A DNA stretch of 64,000 bases from Dehalococcoidia bacterium (lineage in GTDB: Bacteria; Chloroflexota; Dehalococcoidia; SM23-28-2; RBG-16-64-32). Shown in pieces: positions 18,539 through 27,692 of this stretch. Where the stretch lies: contig CAXXTF010000002.1 of NCBI GenBank assembly GCA_963665775.2, forward strand, positions 512,001 through 576,000, read 5' to 3'. Within the stretch, counting starts at the first letter, position 1, and each line of letters starts with the position of its first letter. The position numbers were made by a program, and so were the translations under genes. Below the pieces are notes generated by a model. That model was not told where the DNA came from. It worked only from the letters and a program-made list of their open reading frames with translations, and did no database searches.

Positions 18539-19414
18539 CTAGGGCTGCGCCTCCATCCCGGAGGCCGGCTCCACCTCCGCGTCGGGGACGAACAGCGGCC
18601 GTCCGTGCTCCTCGATCCCGAAGGTGCGAATCAGCTCCTGGACCGGCGCCGACGTGATGAAGGCGGCGAAGGCGCGGGCGCCCGCTCCGTTGATGCGGGA
18701 GCTCTTCTCAGGATTCACAACGATCACGTGGTAGACGTTGAATAGATCCGCGTCGCCCTCCGTGAGGATGTCGAGGCTCAGGTTATCCAGCTGGGCCAGG
18801 TAAGTGCCGCGGTCGGTCAGCGTGTAGCCGCGCTTCTCGTTGGCCACGCGCAACGTGGCGCCCATGCCCTGACCCGTCTCCTGGTACCAGGAACCGGAGG
18901 GGGCGATGCCGGCCTCCTTCCATAGCTTCAGCTCCCTGGTGTGCGTGCCGGACTGGTCGCCGCGGCTGATAAACGACGATCCGGACTGGGCAATGAAGGA
19001 CAGGGCCTCAGCGGCCTCGCTTCCGCCGCTGAGGCCGGCGGGGTTGTCGGCCGGGCCGACGATGACGAAATCGTTGTACATCACGCGGCTGCGCTCCACG
19101 CCGTGCCCGGCGGCCATGAACGCCACTTCGGCCTCCTGGGAGTGGACCAGGACGACATCGGCCTCCCCCTCCTCAGCCAGCCGCAGGGCCTGGCCGGAGC
19201 CGACAGCGAGGGTCTTGACCCGGTAGCCGCTCTCCTCCTCAAAGGCGGGAATGAGGAGGTCCAACAGACCGCTGTCCTGGGTGCTGGTAGTCGTGGCCAG
19301 GATGAGCTGATCGGAGCTGCCGCAGGCGGCGCTAAAGAGCAGAATAGCTATCGCTACGAGGGGCAGGCCCCAAACGCGTCGGCCTGTCCGAGACAGATAA
19401 GTGAGCAAATCCAT
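18539..19414 (-). CDS. tupA: tungstate-binding lipoprotein TupA, paralog 1
   Basis: Lipobox SAAC; ATTTSTQDSGLL, VGSGQAL, MYNDFVIVGP, FISRGDQSGTH, YTLTDRGT; start reassigned to ATG 19414. Confidence 0.9.
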   Translation of the reverse strand: MDLLTYLSRTGRRVWGLPLVAIAILLFSAACGSSDQLILATTTSTQDSGLLDLLIPAFEEESGYRVKTLAVGSGQALRLAEEGEADVVLVHSQEAEVAFMAAGHGVERSRVMYNDFVIVGPADNPAGLSGGSEAAEALSFIAQSGSSFISRGDQSGTHTRELKLWKEAGIAPSGSWYQETGQGMGATLRVANEKRGYTLTDRGTYLAQLDNLSLDILTEGDADLFNVYHVIVVNPEKSSRINGAGARAFAAFITSAPVQELIRTFGIEEHGRPLFVPDAEVEPASGMEAQP

Positions 19415-19495
19415 GCCCCTTCTAGGCGTTCGGCGTGAATTGCATAACGCTGGTACGATCAACCCTTTACGTTATCGCCTCAAGCGTTTGGACCC

Positions 19496-19900
19496 TTACC
19501 GGGGCCAGTCGCCGAATTCGGCCTGAAAGCGCTGACTGACGAGCTCGGAGACGCCGACGGTCAGTCGGCGGAACCGCTGCACGAGCTGCCGCGCCTCGAC
19601 GGTGAGGGTGCTGCGGCCGCCGCCCAGGCCGCCGCTCTGAGTCTCCAGGAGTCGGAGGCCCAGCTGCTCCTCGATCTCCTTGAGCTTGTACCAGGCTGTA
19701 CGATAGGGCACCTCCATCGTCTCCGCCGCCCGGGCCAGGGAGCCGGTCCGTTCGATCGTCTCCAGCAGATCGGCCCGCCAATCGGAGAGCATTACCTTGC
19801 CTTCGCGCTCAAGCCAGATCTTGGAGCGGGCCCTGACCGGCCCAGATCCATGCCTTCCCCTACCAGCCGCTTGTTGCCGAGGTGCGGTCCGTGCGTTCAT
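19496..19900 (-). CDS. modE: ModE-family HTH regulator (DNA-binding domain only)
   Basis: KIWLE, LLETIERTGSL..AA..M...YRTAW, GG.GGG.S.LT. Confidence 0.87.
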   Translation of the reverse strand: MNARTAPRQQAAGRGRHGSGPVRARSKIWLEREGKVMLSDWRADLLETIERTGSLARAAETMEVPYRTAWYKLKEIEEQLGLRLLETQSGGLGGGRSTLTVEARQLVQRFRRLTVGVSELVSQRFQAEFGDWPR

Positions 19901-19964
19901 TGCTCACACACCTTTTCTGTTCCCACCCTAGCCGTGGGGAGGCCGGCAGAGGCCACTATCGATC

Positions 19965-19988
19965 GGTTATGCAAACTGTAGCATAACG
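19965..19988. promoter_or_regulatory. ModE-type operator overlapping the modE/tup promoter
   Basis: Palindrome GTTATGC-N8-GCATAAC, with the spacing of the E. coli modA ModE box (GTTATAT-N8-ACATAAC); a TG-C-TACAGT -10 lies inside it on the minus strand. Confidence 0.75.
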
Positions 19989-20166
19989 CTATAGCGGGCA
20001 CAACGAGCGGGGTGGTTCGGCAGTGGGCGGGCGCCAACCATACTTCCTCCACCGCTTCGCTAGTGTAGAGATTCGGGGACCGCCCAAGCAGGGAGCTCCT
20101 GCCAATCGCTACCTAGCCAGTTCCAGCCAGTAGATGATCGCCCCTTCCTGCTGATAGGATAGGTAC

Positions 20167-21321
20167 GTGCGGTGCGAGTTAGACTCCAGCACGGAGAACG
20201 AAGCTCTAAAGGAGACGATAGTCGCCCGAATCTTGTCCGAGGGCGCTATCTCCTTCCGGCAGTTCATGGCCCTCGCCCTCTATCATCCGTACCTGGGCTA
20301 CTACTCAGCATGGCGAGGAAAGATGGGGCGGGAGGGCGATTACCTGACGAGTCCAGAGGTGAGCCCGATCTTCGGGATGCTGATGGGACGGCAGATAGAG
20401 GAGATGTGGGAGTCGCAGGGTCGGCCGCCGACCTGCCAGGTGGCGGAGGTGGGAGCGGGCACCGGCGCCCTCTGCCGCGATCTGTTGCGCTGGGCGCGGC
20501 GGGCAGCACCAGCTTTCTTCCGGGCCGTCGATTACATTATCGTGGAGACGATCGGCGCTCTGGCCGAGCGACAGCGGATGAGCGTGGAGGCCGATCGAGA
20601 GATCGCGCAGCACGTGCGCTGGACGGAAGCGCTGCCCTCGGCGATCGAGGGCTGCATCCTCAGCAACGAGCTGCTGGACAGCATGCCCGTATACCGCGTA
20701 GCCGTCGAGCAGGCCACACTGCGGGAGGTGTTCGTTGGCTGGGACGGTAAACGGTTCGTCGAGGAGCTAGGGCCACCATCGTCGATGGAGGTCGAGCTCT
20801 ACTTTCAGCGGCTGGGGCTGCTCCCGGGCGAAGGGTGTCGCGCCGAGGTGAACACGGAGGCCCTGGCCTGGGTCAGGCAGGCGGCGGACGCCCTCCGCCG
20901 GGGATTCATCCTCACCCTGGACTACGGCTACGAGGCGTCGGAGCTATTCGCGCCCTGGCGACGCGACGGAACGCTGGCCTGCTTCTACCGCCACAGCTTC
21001 AGCACCGATCCGTACGCTCGGCTGGGGCGCCAGGATATGACCAGCCACGTGGACTTCACCAGTGTACGACGGGTAGGGGAAGACGCTGGCCTCACGACGC
21101 TGGGCATAGCGTCTCAGGCAGAGTTCCTGAGCAACCTGGGGATCGCCGACGTCCTGTCGGGCCCAAAGGAGGGCGAGATAAGCCTGGAGGAGTACTACGC
21201 CCGGCGGCGGGCGACGACGGAGCTATTGGACCCGGCGGCCCTGGGCCGGATTCGGGTTCTCGTTCAGGGGAAGGGGAGCGAAGGACACTCGCTGACCGGC
21301 CTGGGAAGGAATAGCGGATGA
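20167..21321 (+). CDS. SAM-dependent methyltransferase, MidA/NDUFAF7 family
   Basis: FM..ALY.P..GYY, GDYLTSPE, EVGAGTG, SNELLD, DYG, QDMTSHVDF. Confidence 0.92.
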   Translation: MRCELDSSTENEALKETIVARILSEGAISFRQFMALALYHPYLGYYSAWRGKMGREGDYLTSPEVSPIFGMLMGRQIEEMWESQGRPPTCQVAEVGAGTGALCRDLLRWARRAAPAFFRAVDYIIVETIGALAERQRMSVEADREIAQHVRWTEALPSAIEGCILSNELLDSMPVYRVAVEQATLREVFVGWDGKRFVEELGPPSSMEVELYFQRLGLLPGEGCRAEVNTEALAWVRQAADALRRGFILTLDYGYEASELFAPWRRDGTLACFYRHSFSTDPYARLGRQDMTSHVDFTSVRRVGEDAGLTTLGIASQAEFLSNLGIADVLSGPKEGEISLEEYYARRRATTELLDPAALGRIRVLVQGKGSEGHSLTGLGRNSG

Positions 21322-21779
21322 CGCTTGAGGCGGGAGACGCGGCCCCAGACTTCAGCCTCCCCAGCACGGGCGGAGAGCTGAGGCTGCGCGAGCTTGCGGC
21401 CGACAAGAAGGTGGTGTTGGCCTTCTACACGGAGGCGAACACCCCTTTCTGTTCCAGCGAGGTAGCGGTTCTCAAGGAGGACTATGAGCTGGTTCAAGAG
21501 TTGGGGGCGGAGGTGGTAGCCATCAGCGCTGACGGGCTGGAGGCGCAACGTGATTTCGCCCAGCGGCTGGGCGACCTGCCATTCCCCTTGGCCAGCGATG
21601 AGCAGCTGGAGGCGTCCCGGGCGTACGGGGTGGTGGACGACACGGGGAAACGGTCGCGGCGGGCGATCTTCGTCATCGATCAGGGAGGCGCGATCGCGCA
21701 CGTCTTGCCCTGGTTCCAGCCGGGTAATCCCTCACAGTACGAAAGCATCTTCCGCGCTTTGGGGTTCGAGGCGGAATGA
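21318..21779 (+). CDS. bcp: peroxiredoxin, BCP/PrxQ-type
   Basis: APDFSL, FY....TPFC..E, FPLASD, R.IFVID. Confidence 0.85.
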   Translation: MTLEAGDAAPDFSLPSTGGELRLRELAADKKVVLAFYTEANTPFCSSEVAVLKEDYELVQELGAEVVAISADGLEAQRDFAQRLGDLPFPLASDEQLEASRAYGVVDDTGKRSRRAIFVIDQGGAIAHVLPWFQPGNPSQYESIFRALGFEAE

Positions 21780-22147
21780 ACGAGTACACCGAGCTGGTAC
21801 GGGACCACTTCCAGAACCCGCGCAACGCGGGCGATATGCCGGACGCCGATGCCGTAGGCTATGAGACGAACCCGGTTTGCGGCGACACGATGCGCCTGAC
21901 GCTGAGAATAGCCGGCCAGCGGATCGTGGAGGCTCGCTTTCAGACCTCCGGCTGCCCGGCGGCCATCGCCACCAGCAGCGTGTGCACGGAGATGATCGCC
22001 GGCCTCAATCTGACCGAGGCGGAGCGGCTGCGCAAAGAGGACTTCGCTCAGGCGCTGGGAGGTCTGCCACCCGGCAAGCTGCACTGCTCCGTCCTGGCGG
22101 CGGACGCCCTGCAGGCGGCCATCGCGGACTACCGCAGCCGTAGCTAG
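21776..22147 (+). CDS. iscU: Fe-S scaffold, IscU/NifU N-terminal type
   Basis: HFQNPRN, NPVCGD, GCPAAIA, LPPGKLHCS. Confidence 0.9.
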   Translation: MNEYTELVRDHFQNPRNAGDMPDADAVGYETNPVCGDTMRLTLRIAGQRIVEARFQTSGCPAAIATSSVCTEMIAGLNLTEAERLRKEDFAQALGGLPPGKLHCSVLAADALQAAIADYRSRS

Positions 22148-22235
22148 AGAGGCAGCCGGTTCGGTTGTCGTTCTGGCGGGGGAGACGATAGAATGAGTGC
22201 GCACCGTCTGGTGGCTGGCCGGAAGGAGGGCCCCA

Positions 22236-23135
22236 GTGCGAACTGTCCAGTATTTCGCTCCTGAGAGCATGCAGGAGGCGGTAGACTTACTCCAGCAGCA
22301 GGGCGCCGGCACCCGTCCATTGGCGGGCGGGACCGACCTCGTGGTACAGATGAAGGAAGGGAGCACCAGGTTCCCTCTCCTCTCCTCCCTGGTGAGCCTG
22401 CGTCGCATACAGGAGCTCAGGGGTGTCGAGTTCAGTGAGGCGGATGGGCTCCGCATCGGGGCGGGCACGACCATGGCTGAGCTGGCCGAATCGGCTACCC
22501 TGCGCGCCCGCTTTCCCGCCATTGTCGAAGGGGCGGGTGTCGTGGGCTCCATCCAGACAATGAACATGGCGACCGTGGGCGGCAATCTGTGCAACGCCGC
22601 TCCCTCCGCTGACACCGCGCCAGCGCTCTTGGTCTACGAGGCCGACGCCATCATCGTAGGCCCCTCGGGCCAGCGCTGGCTGCCCCTGGAAAAAGTCTTC
22701 TTCGCGCCGGGAAAGACGGCGCTCTCTCCCTATGAGCTGCTGTTTGAGCTGCGGGCGCTGGCGCCGCCTGCCGGCACTGGCAGCTCTTACCTGCGGCACA
22801 CCCCTCGGAAGAGAATGGATATCGCCGTGGTGGGGGTAGCGGCGCTGCTCACCCTGGGCACCGGCAACCTCATTCAGACGGCTCGTATCGCCCTGGGCGC
22901 GGTGGCGCCGATGCCGATACGGGCGCCGCAGGCGGAGGCGCTTCTCCAGGGGAACATGGCCACCGAGGGGCTGTTTCGGCGGGCCGCCGCCGCCGCCGCC
23001 GAGGAGGCGCAGCCGATATCGGACATCCGGGGGTCGGCGGATTTCCGCCGTCACCTGGTGCGGGTGATGACGGAGCGCTGCCTTCAGGTAGCGGCGAGAC
23101 GGGCGAGGGCCAGGGATATCCTCTGGAGCGATTAG
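22236..23135 (+). CDS. Mo-hydroxylase FAD subunit (CoxM/XdhB-like)
   Basis: LAGGTDL, ATVGGNLCNAAPSAD, PISDIRGS; GTG start after GGAGG. Confidence 0.92.
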   Translation: MRTVQYFAPESMQEAVDLLQQQGAGTRPLAGGTDLVVQMKEGSTRFPLLSSLVSLRRIQELRGVEFSEADGLRIGAGTTMAELAESATLRARFPAIVEGAGVVGSIQTMNMATVGGNLCNAAPSADTAPALLVYEADAIIVGPSGQRWLPLEKVFFAPGKTALSPYELLFELRALAPPAGTGSSYLRHTPRKRMDIAVVGVAALLTLGTGNLIQTARIALGAVAPMPIRAPQAEALLQGNMATEGLFRRAAAAAAEEAQPISDIRGSADFRRHLVRVMTERCLQVAARRARARDILWSD

Positions 23136-23188
23136 CGAGGTAGCGGCGGCAAGGATCGTCCCGATATCCCGCTTCGGACGGAGTTACG

Positions 23189-23659
23189 ATGGCGAAACAG
23201 CTCATTAGCCTACAGGTGAACGGCGACACCTACGAGGTGGCAGTAGAGCCCCACTGGACTCTCCTGGAGACGGTGCGCGATGAGCTGCGCCTCACGGGAA
23301 GCAAGGAGGGGTGCGGCACCGGTGACTGTGGGGCCTGCACCATGATGGTGGGCGGACGTCTCATCACCTCATGCTTAATGCTGGCGCCCGAGGCCGAGGG
23401 GAGCGCCGTGCTGACGATCGAGGGGCTATCCCGGGACGGCGATCTGCACCCGATTCAGCAGGCCTTCATCGATAGCGGCGGTGTACAGTGCGGCTTCTGC
23501 ACGCCGGGCATGATCATGGCGGCCAAGGCGCTGCTCGACCGCAACCCTTCGCCGACCCTGGCGCAGGTGCGCGAGGGGTTGGAGGGGAACCTCTGCCGCT
23601 GTACCGGCTATACCAAGATATATGAGGCGGTGCTGGCCGCTGCCCAGAGAACGAGCTAG
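23189..23659 (+). CDS. Mo-hydroxylase [2Fe-2S] subunit (CoxS/XdhC-like)
   Basis: GSKEGCGTGDCGACT, QCGFCTPG, GNLCRCTGY. Confidence 0.95.
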   Translation: MAKQLISLQVNGDTYEVAVEPHWTLLETVRDELRLTGSKEGCGTGDCGACTMMVGGRLITSCLMLAPEAEGSAVLTIEGLSRDGDLHPIQQAFIDSGGVQCGFCTPGMIMAAKALLDRNPSPTLAQVREGLEGNLCRCTGYTKIYEAVLAAAQRTS

Positions 23660-23671
23660 GGGGAGTCCATC

Positions 23672-25963
23672 ATGGAACAAGAGACGGTAACGCGCCAGGG
23701 ATACCGGACGGTGGGTAAACCGGTACCCCGCATCGATGGCGTCGGCAAGGTAACCGGACGAACGCTCTATACAGATGACATGGTGCTGCCGCGAATGCTC
23801 CACGCCAAGGTACTGGGGAGCCTACACGCCCACGCTCGCATCAGCTCTATCGACGCAACGGCGGCGCGCAACCACCCGGGCGTGGAGGCGGTCGTCACGG
23901 CTGCGGAGCTGCCTCCTCACAAGAAGGACCCCTCGAACCGACGCCAGGTCATCTTCGCCGAAGGGGAGGTGCTGTTCTGCGGGCAGCCGGTGGCCGCCGT
24001 CTTGGCCGGCGATCCGCACGTGGCGGAGGAGGCGCTGGCGCTCATCAGCGTCGAATACGAGGAGCTGCCGGCAGTGCTGGACCCCCTCGCGGCGATGAAG
24101 GAGGACTCGCCGCTGGTGCGGTCACCCCTAGGCGAGGTCGACCGGTCGGAGGAGCGAGGCCACGTCACGGTGAACGTGGAGCAGGAGGAAGCGAAGGGGA
24201 AGGCCTCGAACACATCCGGCCAGATCTCGTTCACGCGGGGCGACGTGGAGGCCGGTTTCGGCGAGGCCGATCGCGTCGTGGAGGGGAGCTGGCGCTCAGC
24301 CATGGTACACCAGAGCTACATCGAGCTGCACTCTACTATCGCCGACTACGATGTCGCTGGGGAGCTGTCCGTCTGGACCAGCACCCAAGGGCCGTTCCAG
24401 ATCCGGGACGCTCTCTGCCAGGCCCTTGACCTTCCCCAAACGAAGGTGCGGGTGACGCCGATGGAGGTGGGCGGCGGCTTCGGAGGCAAGATCTACCTGA
24501 CGGAGCTGATGGTGGCGGCCCTGGCCATGATCGTGCGGCGGCCGGTGAAATACATCATGAGCCGCAAGGAGGACCTGCAGGCGGCCACCCCGTCGCCGCA
24601 GGTCGTCGTGCAGCTGAAGGCGGGGATGAAAGGTGATGGAACACTGACCGCCATCCAGGCCCGGCTCATCTACGATTGCGGCGCCTTTCCCGGGGCCCCG
24701 ATGCTCCCCGGCTGCCTGCTCCTGGGGGGTTACTACAGGTGCGCTAACCTGGGTATCCAGGGGTATGAGGTGATGACGAACAAGGTGAGCGTGGGGGCCC
24801 TGCGGGCGCCCGGCACCTACAACGCCACCTTCGCCATCGAGAGCGCCATCGAGATGCTGGCCGCAGAGCTGGGCCTCGATCCCCTCGAGGCGCGCCTCAA
24901 GAACGTCGTCGAAGAGGGGGACCCGCTGCCCAGCGGTCAGCCCTATCCCAGGATCGGTGCCCGGCAGTGCCTGGAGGCGATCGGCGATAGCGCTATCTGG
25001 AAAGAGCGCTCGGAGAGCAGGAAACGGCCCCACACGGGCGTCGGCCTCGCTCTGGGCGGTTGGCTGGGCGGCCTCCAGCCGTCGACCGCTACCGTGCAGC
25101 TCAACGGGGACGGCACGATCAGCGTGATCGTGGGGGCGGCGGACATCACGGGAACGAACACCTCCTTCGCCCAGATAGCGGCAGAGGAGCTGAACGTACC
25201 CCTGTCGATGGTTAACGCCGCCACTGGCGATACCAAGACGGCACCGTACGCGGGCATCAGCGCCGGCAGCAAGACGACCTTCATCGTGGGTCGTGCCGTC
25301 AAGGCCGCGGCGGAGCAGGCCCGAGAGCAGATTCTGGCGATCGCCGCAAACCCGCTGGAGGCAGCGCCGGAAGAGCTGGAGATGGCGGACGGTGTGGTGC
25401 GGGTGAAGGGGAACGAGGAGAAGAGCCTGACCTTCGCCCGTATCGGCACGATGAGCACGGCCTTCGCCGCCCGCTACGCCCCGGTCATGGGGACGGGGAC
25501 GGTGGCCGCCAGCAAGCAGGCGCCGGGATTCACGGTTCAGACCGCGGAGGTTGAGGTGGACCCGGAAACGGGGATCGTGACCGTCCTGCGATACGCCATA
25601 GCCCAGGACGTCGGTTTCGCCATCAATCCGCTGTCCGTCGCCGGTCAGATGCAGGGCGGGGCCAGTCAGGGGTTGGGCGTCGCTCTCTCCGAGGAGATGC
25701 AGTACGACGAGAAGGGGCGCCTGCTGAATCCGAACCTGCTTGACTACCGGCTGCCCACAACACAGGACCTGCCGCCTATCGAGGCGATCATCGTGGAGGT
25801 GCCTTCGGAGGACGGGCCCTACGGCGCGCGCATCGTCGGCGAGCCGTCCATCGTGGCTGGCCCGGCGGCTGTCGCCAACGCGGTGGCCGACGCCATCGGC
25901 ACCAGGGTGCACGAGGTGCCCATCACGCCGGAGCGGGTGCTGCGGGCCCTCGGAAAGTGGTAG
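23672..25963 (+). CDS. Mo-hydroxylase molybdopterin subunit (xanthine dehydrogenase family; not form I CODH)
   Basis: KVTG...Y.DD, STQ, GGGFGGK, GALRAPG loop, GQMQGG, GARIVGEP. Confidence 0.93.
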   Translation: MEQETVTRQGYRTVGKPVPRIDGVGKVTGRTLYTDDMVLPRMLHAKVLGSLHAHARISSIDATAARNHPGVEAVVTAAELPPHKKDPSNRRQVIFAEGEVLFCGQPVAAVLAGDPHVAEEALALISVEYEELPAVLDPLAAMKEDSPLVRSPLGEVDRSEERGHVTVNVEQEEAKGKASNTSGQISFTRGDVEAGFGEADRVVEGSWRSAMVHQSYIELHSTIADYDVAGELSVWTSTQGPFQIRDALCQALDLPQTKVRVTPMEVGGGFGGKIYLTELMVAALAMIVRRPVKYIMSRKEDLQAATPSPQVVVQLKAGMKGDGTLTAIQARLIYDCGAFPGAPMLPGCLLLGGYYRCANLGIQGYEVMTNKVSVGALRAPGTYNATFAIESAIEMLAAELGLDPLEARLKNVVEEGDPLPSGQPYPRIGARQCLEAIGDSAIWKERSESRKRPHTGVGLALGGWLGGLQPSTATVQLNGDGTISVIVGAADITGTNTSFAQIAAEELNVPLSMVNAATGDTKTAPYAGISAGSKTTFIVGRAVKAAAEQAREQILAIAANPLEAAPEELEMADGVVRVKGNEEKSLTFARIGTMSTAFAARYAPVMGTGTVAASKQAPGFTVQTAEVEVDPETGIVTVLRYAIAQDVGFAINPLSVAGQMQGGASQGLGVALSEEMQYDEKGRLLNPNLLDYRLPTTQDLPPIEAIIVEVPSEDGPYGARIVGEPSIVAGPAAVANAVADAIGTRVHEVPITPERVLRALGKW

Positions 25964-25969
25964 GCAGCC

Positions 25970-26563
25970 ATGGCCGTGGCTGCTATCCTCCTGGCGGCTG
26001 GCGAGTCCTCTCGGATGGGGACGCCCAAGCCGCTGTTAGAATGGGGTGGCTGCACCCTCATCGAGTACCAGATAGCACAGCTTAAGGGTTCGCCTGTGGA
26101 CAGGGTCGTGGTGGTGTTGGGCAGCCGCGCCGATGAGGTGCAGCCCGTGGTCCGAAGGGCAGGTGCCCGGGCAGTGATCAACGAGCTCTACACGGAAGGC
26201 CGCGCCTCTTCGGTGCGGCTGGGAGCCGCAGCCCTTGGAGAGGCGACGGAAACGGTGCTGCTGCTAAACGTCGACCAGCCGCGGCCGCATCGGGTAATCG
26301 AGCGGATCGTGACGGAGCATCAGCGCCGGGGGAGCCTGATCAGCGTGCCGATATTCCAGGGAAAACGGGGCCATCCGCCGGTGCTAAACGGGTCGCTATT
26401 GGGCGAGCTGCGGGAGGTGCGAGAGGCCACCCAAGGGCTTCGCGGTCTGTTGCGGCAGCACGAGGCGCAGATAAGCGAGGTCGCCTTCGAGTCAGACATC
26501 GTTCTGCTGGACGTGAACCGGCCCGACGAATACGAGAGGGCGAGGACCAGCTATTTTCGGTAG
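25970..26563 (+). CDS. mocA: molybdenum cofactor cytidylyltransferase-like NTP transferase
   Basis: ILLAAGESSRMGTPKPLL, VDQP, GKRGHP, DVN.P. Confidence 0.8.
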   Translation: MAVAAILLAAGESSRMGTPKPLLEWGGCTLIEYQIAQLKGSPVDRVVVVLGSRADEVQPVVRRAGARAVINELYTEGRASSVRLGAAALGEATETVLLLNVDQPRPHRVIERIVTEHQRRGSLISVPIFQGKRGHPPVLNGSLLGELREVREATQGLRGLLRQHEAQISEVAFESDIVLLDVNRPDEYERARTSYFR

Positions 26564-26857
26564 GTGGTCCTATACGAGAAACCAGCGAGTACGAGATCCT
26601 TTCGCACGTGGCGATGCCAGAGTGCAGCATCCGCATCATCGGGATGAGAGAGACCGAGCGCGTGGCCGCGCACTACCACGAGAAGTGCACCCAGATCTAC
26701 ACGGTGCTGGAGCACACCTGCCGCCTTTGCCCCTACGAGACGGTACGCATCGAGCAGGGGACGGTACATAGCGTTCGCGCCGCGGGCGGCACGGCCCCGG
26801 TTCCTGAGCCTCTCGGTACCACTGTTGGAGCGCGAGGACCAGCACGTCGCCGAGTAG
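26564..26857 (+). pseudogene. degraded cupin-domain gene
   Basis: Reconstructs to MVLYEK/TSEYEILSH...HYH....QIY.VLE...I..GTVH.../RFLSLSVP...* with two frameshifts (~26580, ~26797) and an apparent deletion between the cupin motifs. Confidence 0.65.
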
Positions 26858-26957
26858 GGTGGGCTAGGGCTTCCGAAGCATGGGGCAGACCCGTCCCCCC
26901 TCTCTCTGTAGACACTCGGCCCCCTGGACGGCAGAATAGGGAGAAGGATTTCACCCT

Positions 26958-27689
26958 ATGCTGGAATTGACGTTTTTGGGCTCCGGCAACGCCTTCACCC
27001 AGGACGATCGCTACTGGAGCTTCTTCCTGGCGGAGAAGCGGTACCTGTTCGACGCGCCGCCTACCATCTTGCCCCACCTAAAGCGGCTGCGGGTGCCCCT
27101 GGCTGGATTGGAGGTGATATTCATCAGTCACTTCCACGGCGACCACTTTATGGGATTGCCTTTCCTGTTCCTGGAGTACGCTCACCTCACGGAGCGCAGG
27201 ACCGACCTGTTCATCGTTGGGCCGCCGGGCGTCCAGGAGGCGATGGAAAAGTTCGCCAACCTCTGCTACCCGGGGATCACAGACGAGGTCGGCCACCGAC
27301 GACGCTATCTGGACTCGACTCCCGGTCGCGATCAGGTAGCGGGGCGCTTGACATTTCAGGCGGTCCCCATGAACCACGTTCGGAATCGACTGGAGTGCTT
27401 CGGCTATCGCGTCGATATTGGCGGCAAGCGAGTCGCTTACACCGGGGACACGATGTTCTGCGAGGAGATCTTCGAGCTCGCCCAGGGCGCAGACGTCCTG
27501 GTGCTGGACTGTACCTATAGTCAGGGGTCGGGTCCGGAGCACCTGGGCCTGGACGAGATCAAGACGATTCGTGAGCGAGTGCCGCCGGAGACCGCCATCA
27601 TCCTCACCCACCTGGACGGCGAGCCGGCTACCGGGAACCTGCCGAACGTCATAGTGGCCCAGGATATGGCCACCTACCGCTTCGCCTAG
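26958..27689 (+). CDS. MBL-fold metallo-hydrolase (RNase Z-like)
   Basis: FLGSG.A, SHFHGDH, YTGDT, ILTH. Confidence 0.88.
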   Translation: MLELTFLGSGNAFTQDDRYWSFFLAEKRYLFDAPPTILPHLKRLRVPLAGLEVIFISHFHGDHFMGLPFLFLEYAHLTERRTDLFIVGPPGVQEAMEKFANLCYPGITDEVGHRRRYLDSTPGRDQVAGRLTFQAVPMNHVRNRLECFGYRVDIGGKRVAYTGDTMFCEEIFELAQGADVLVLDCTYSQGSGPEHLGLDEIKTIRERVPPETAIILTHLDGEPATGNLPNVIVAQDMATYRFA

Positions 27690-27692
27690 ACC

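Noticed and set aside
19901-20070. Moco/Tuco riboswitch upstream of modE (GCCTCCC...GAAAAGGTGT resembles the motif's 3' end)
   Set aside because: The likely promoter lies inside the ModE box only ~70 nt upstream and the 5' stems cannot be built convincingly; a cmscan would settle it
24296-25912. Long antisense or alternative-frame ORFs (also 388-1353, 6554-7828, 10221-11456, 47394-48563 and others)
   Set aside because: Shadow ORFs expected at high GC opposite well-supported genes; no recognisable domains
23672-25963. Aerobic CO dehydrogenase (coxL form I)
   Set aside because: Lacks the AYxCSFR Cu-binding loop
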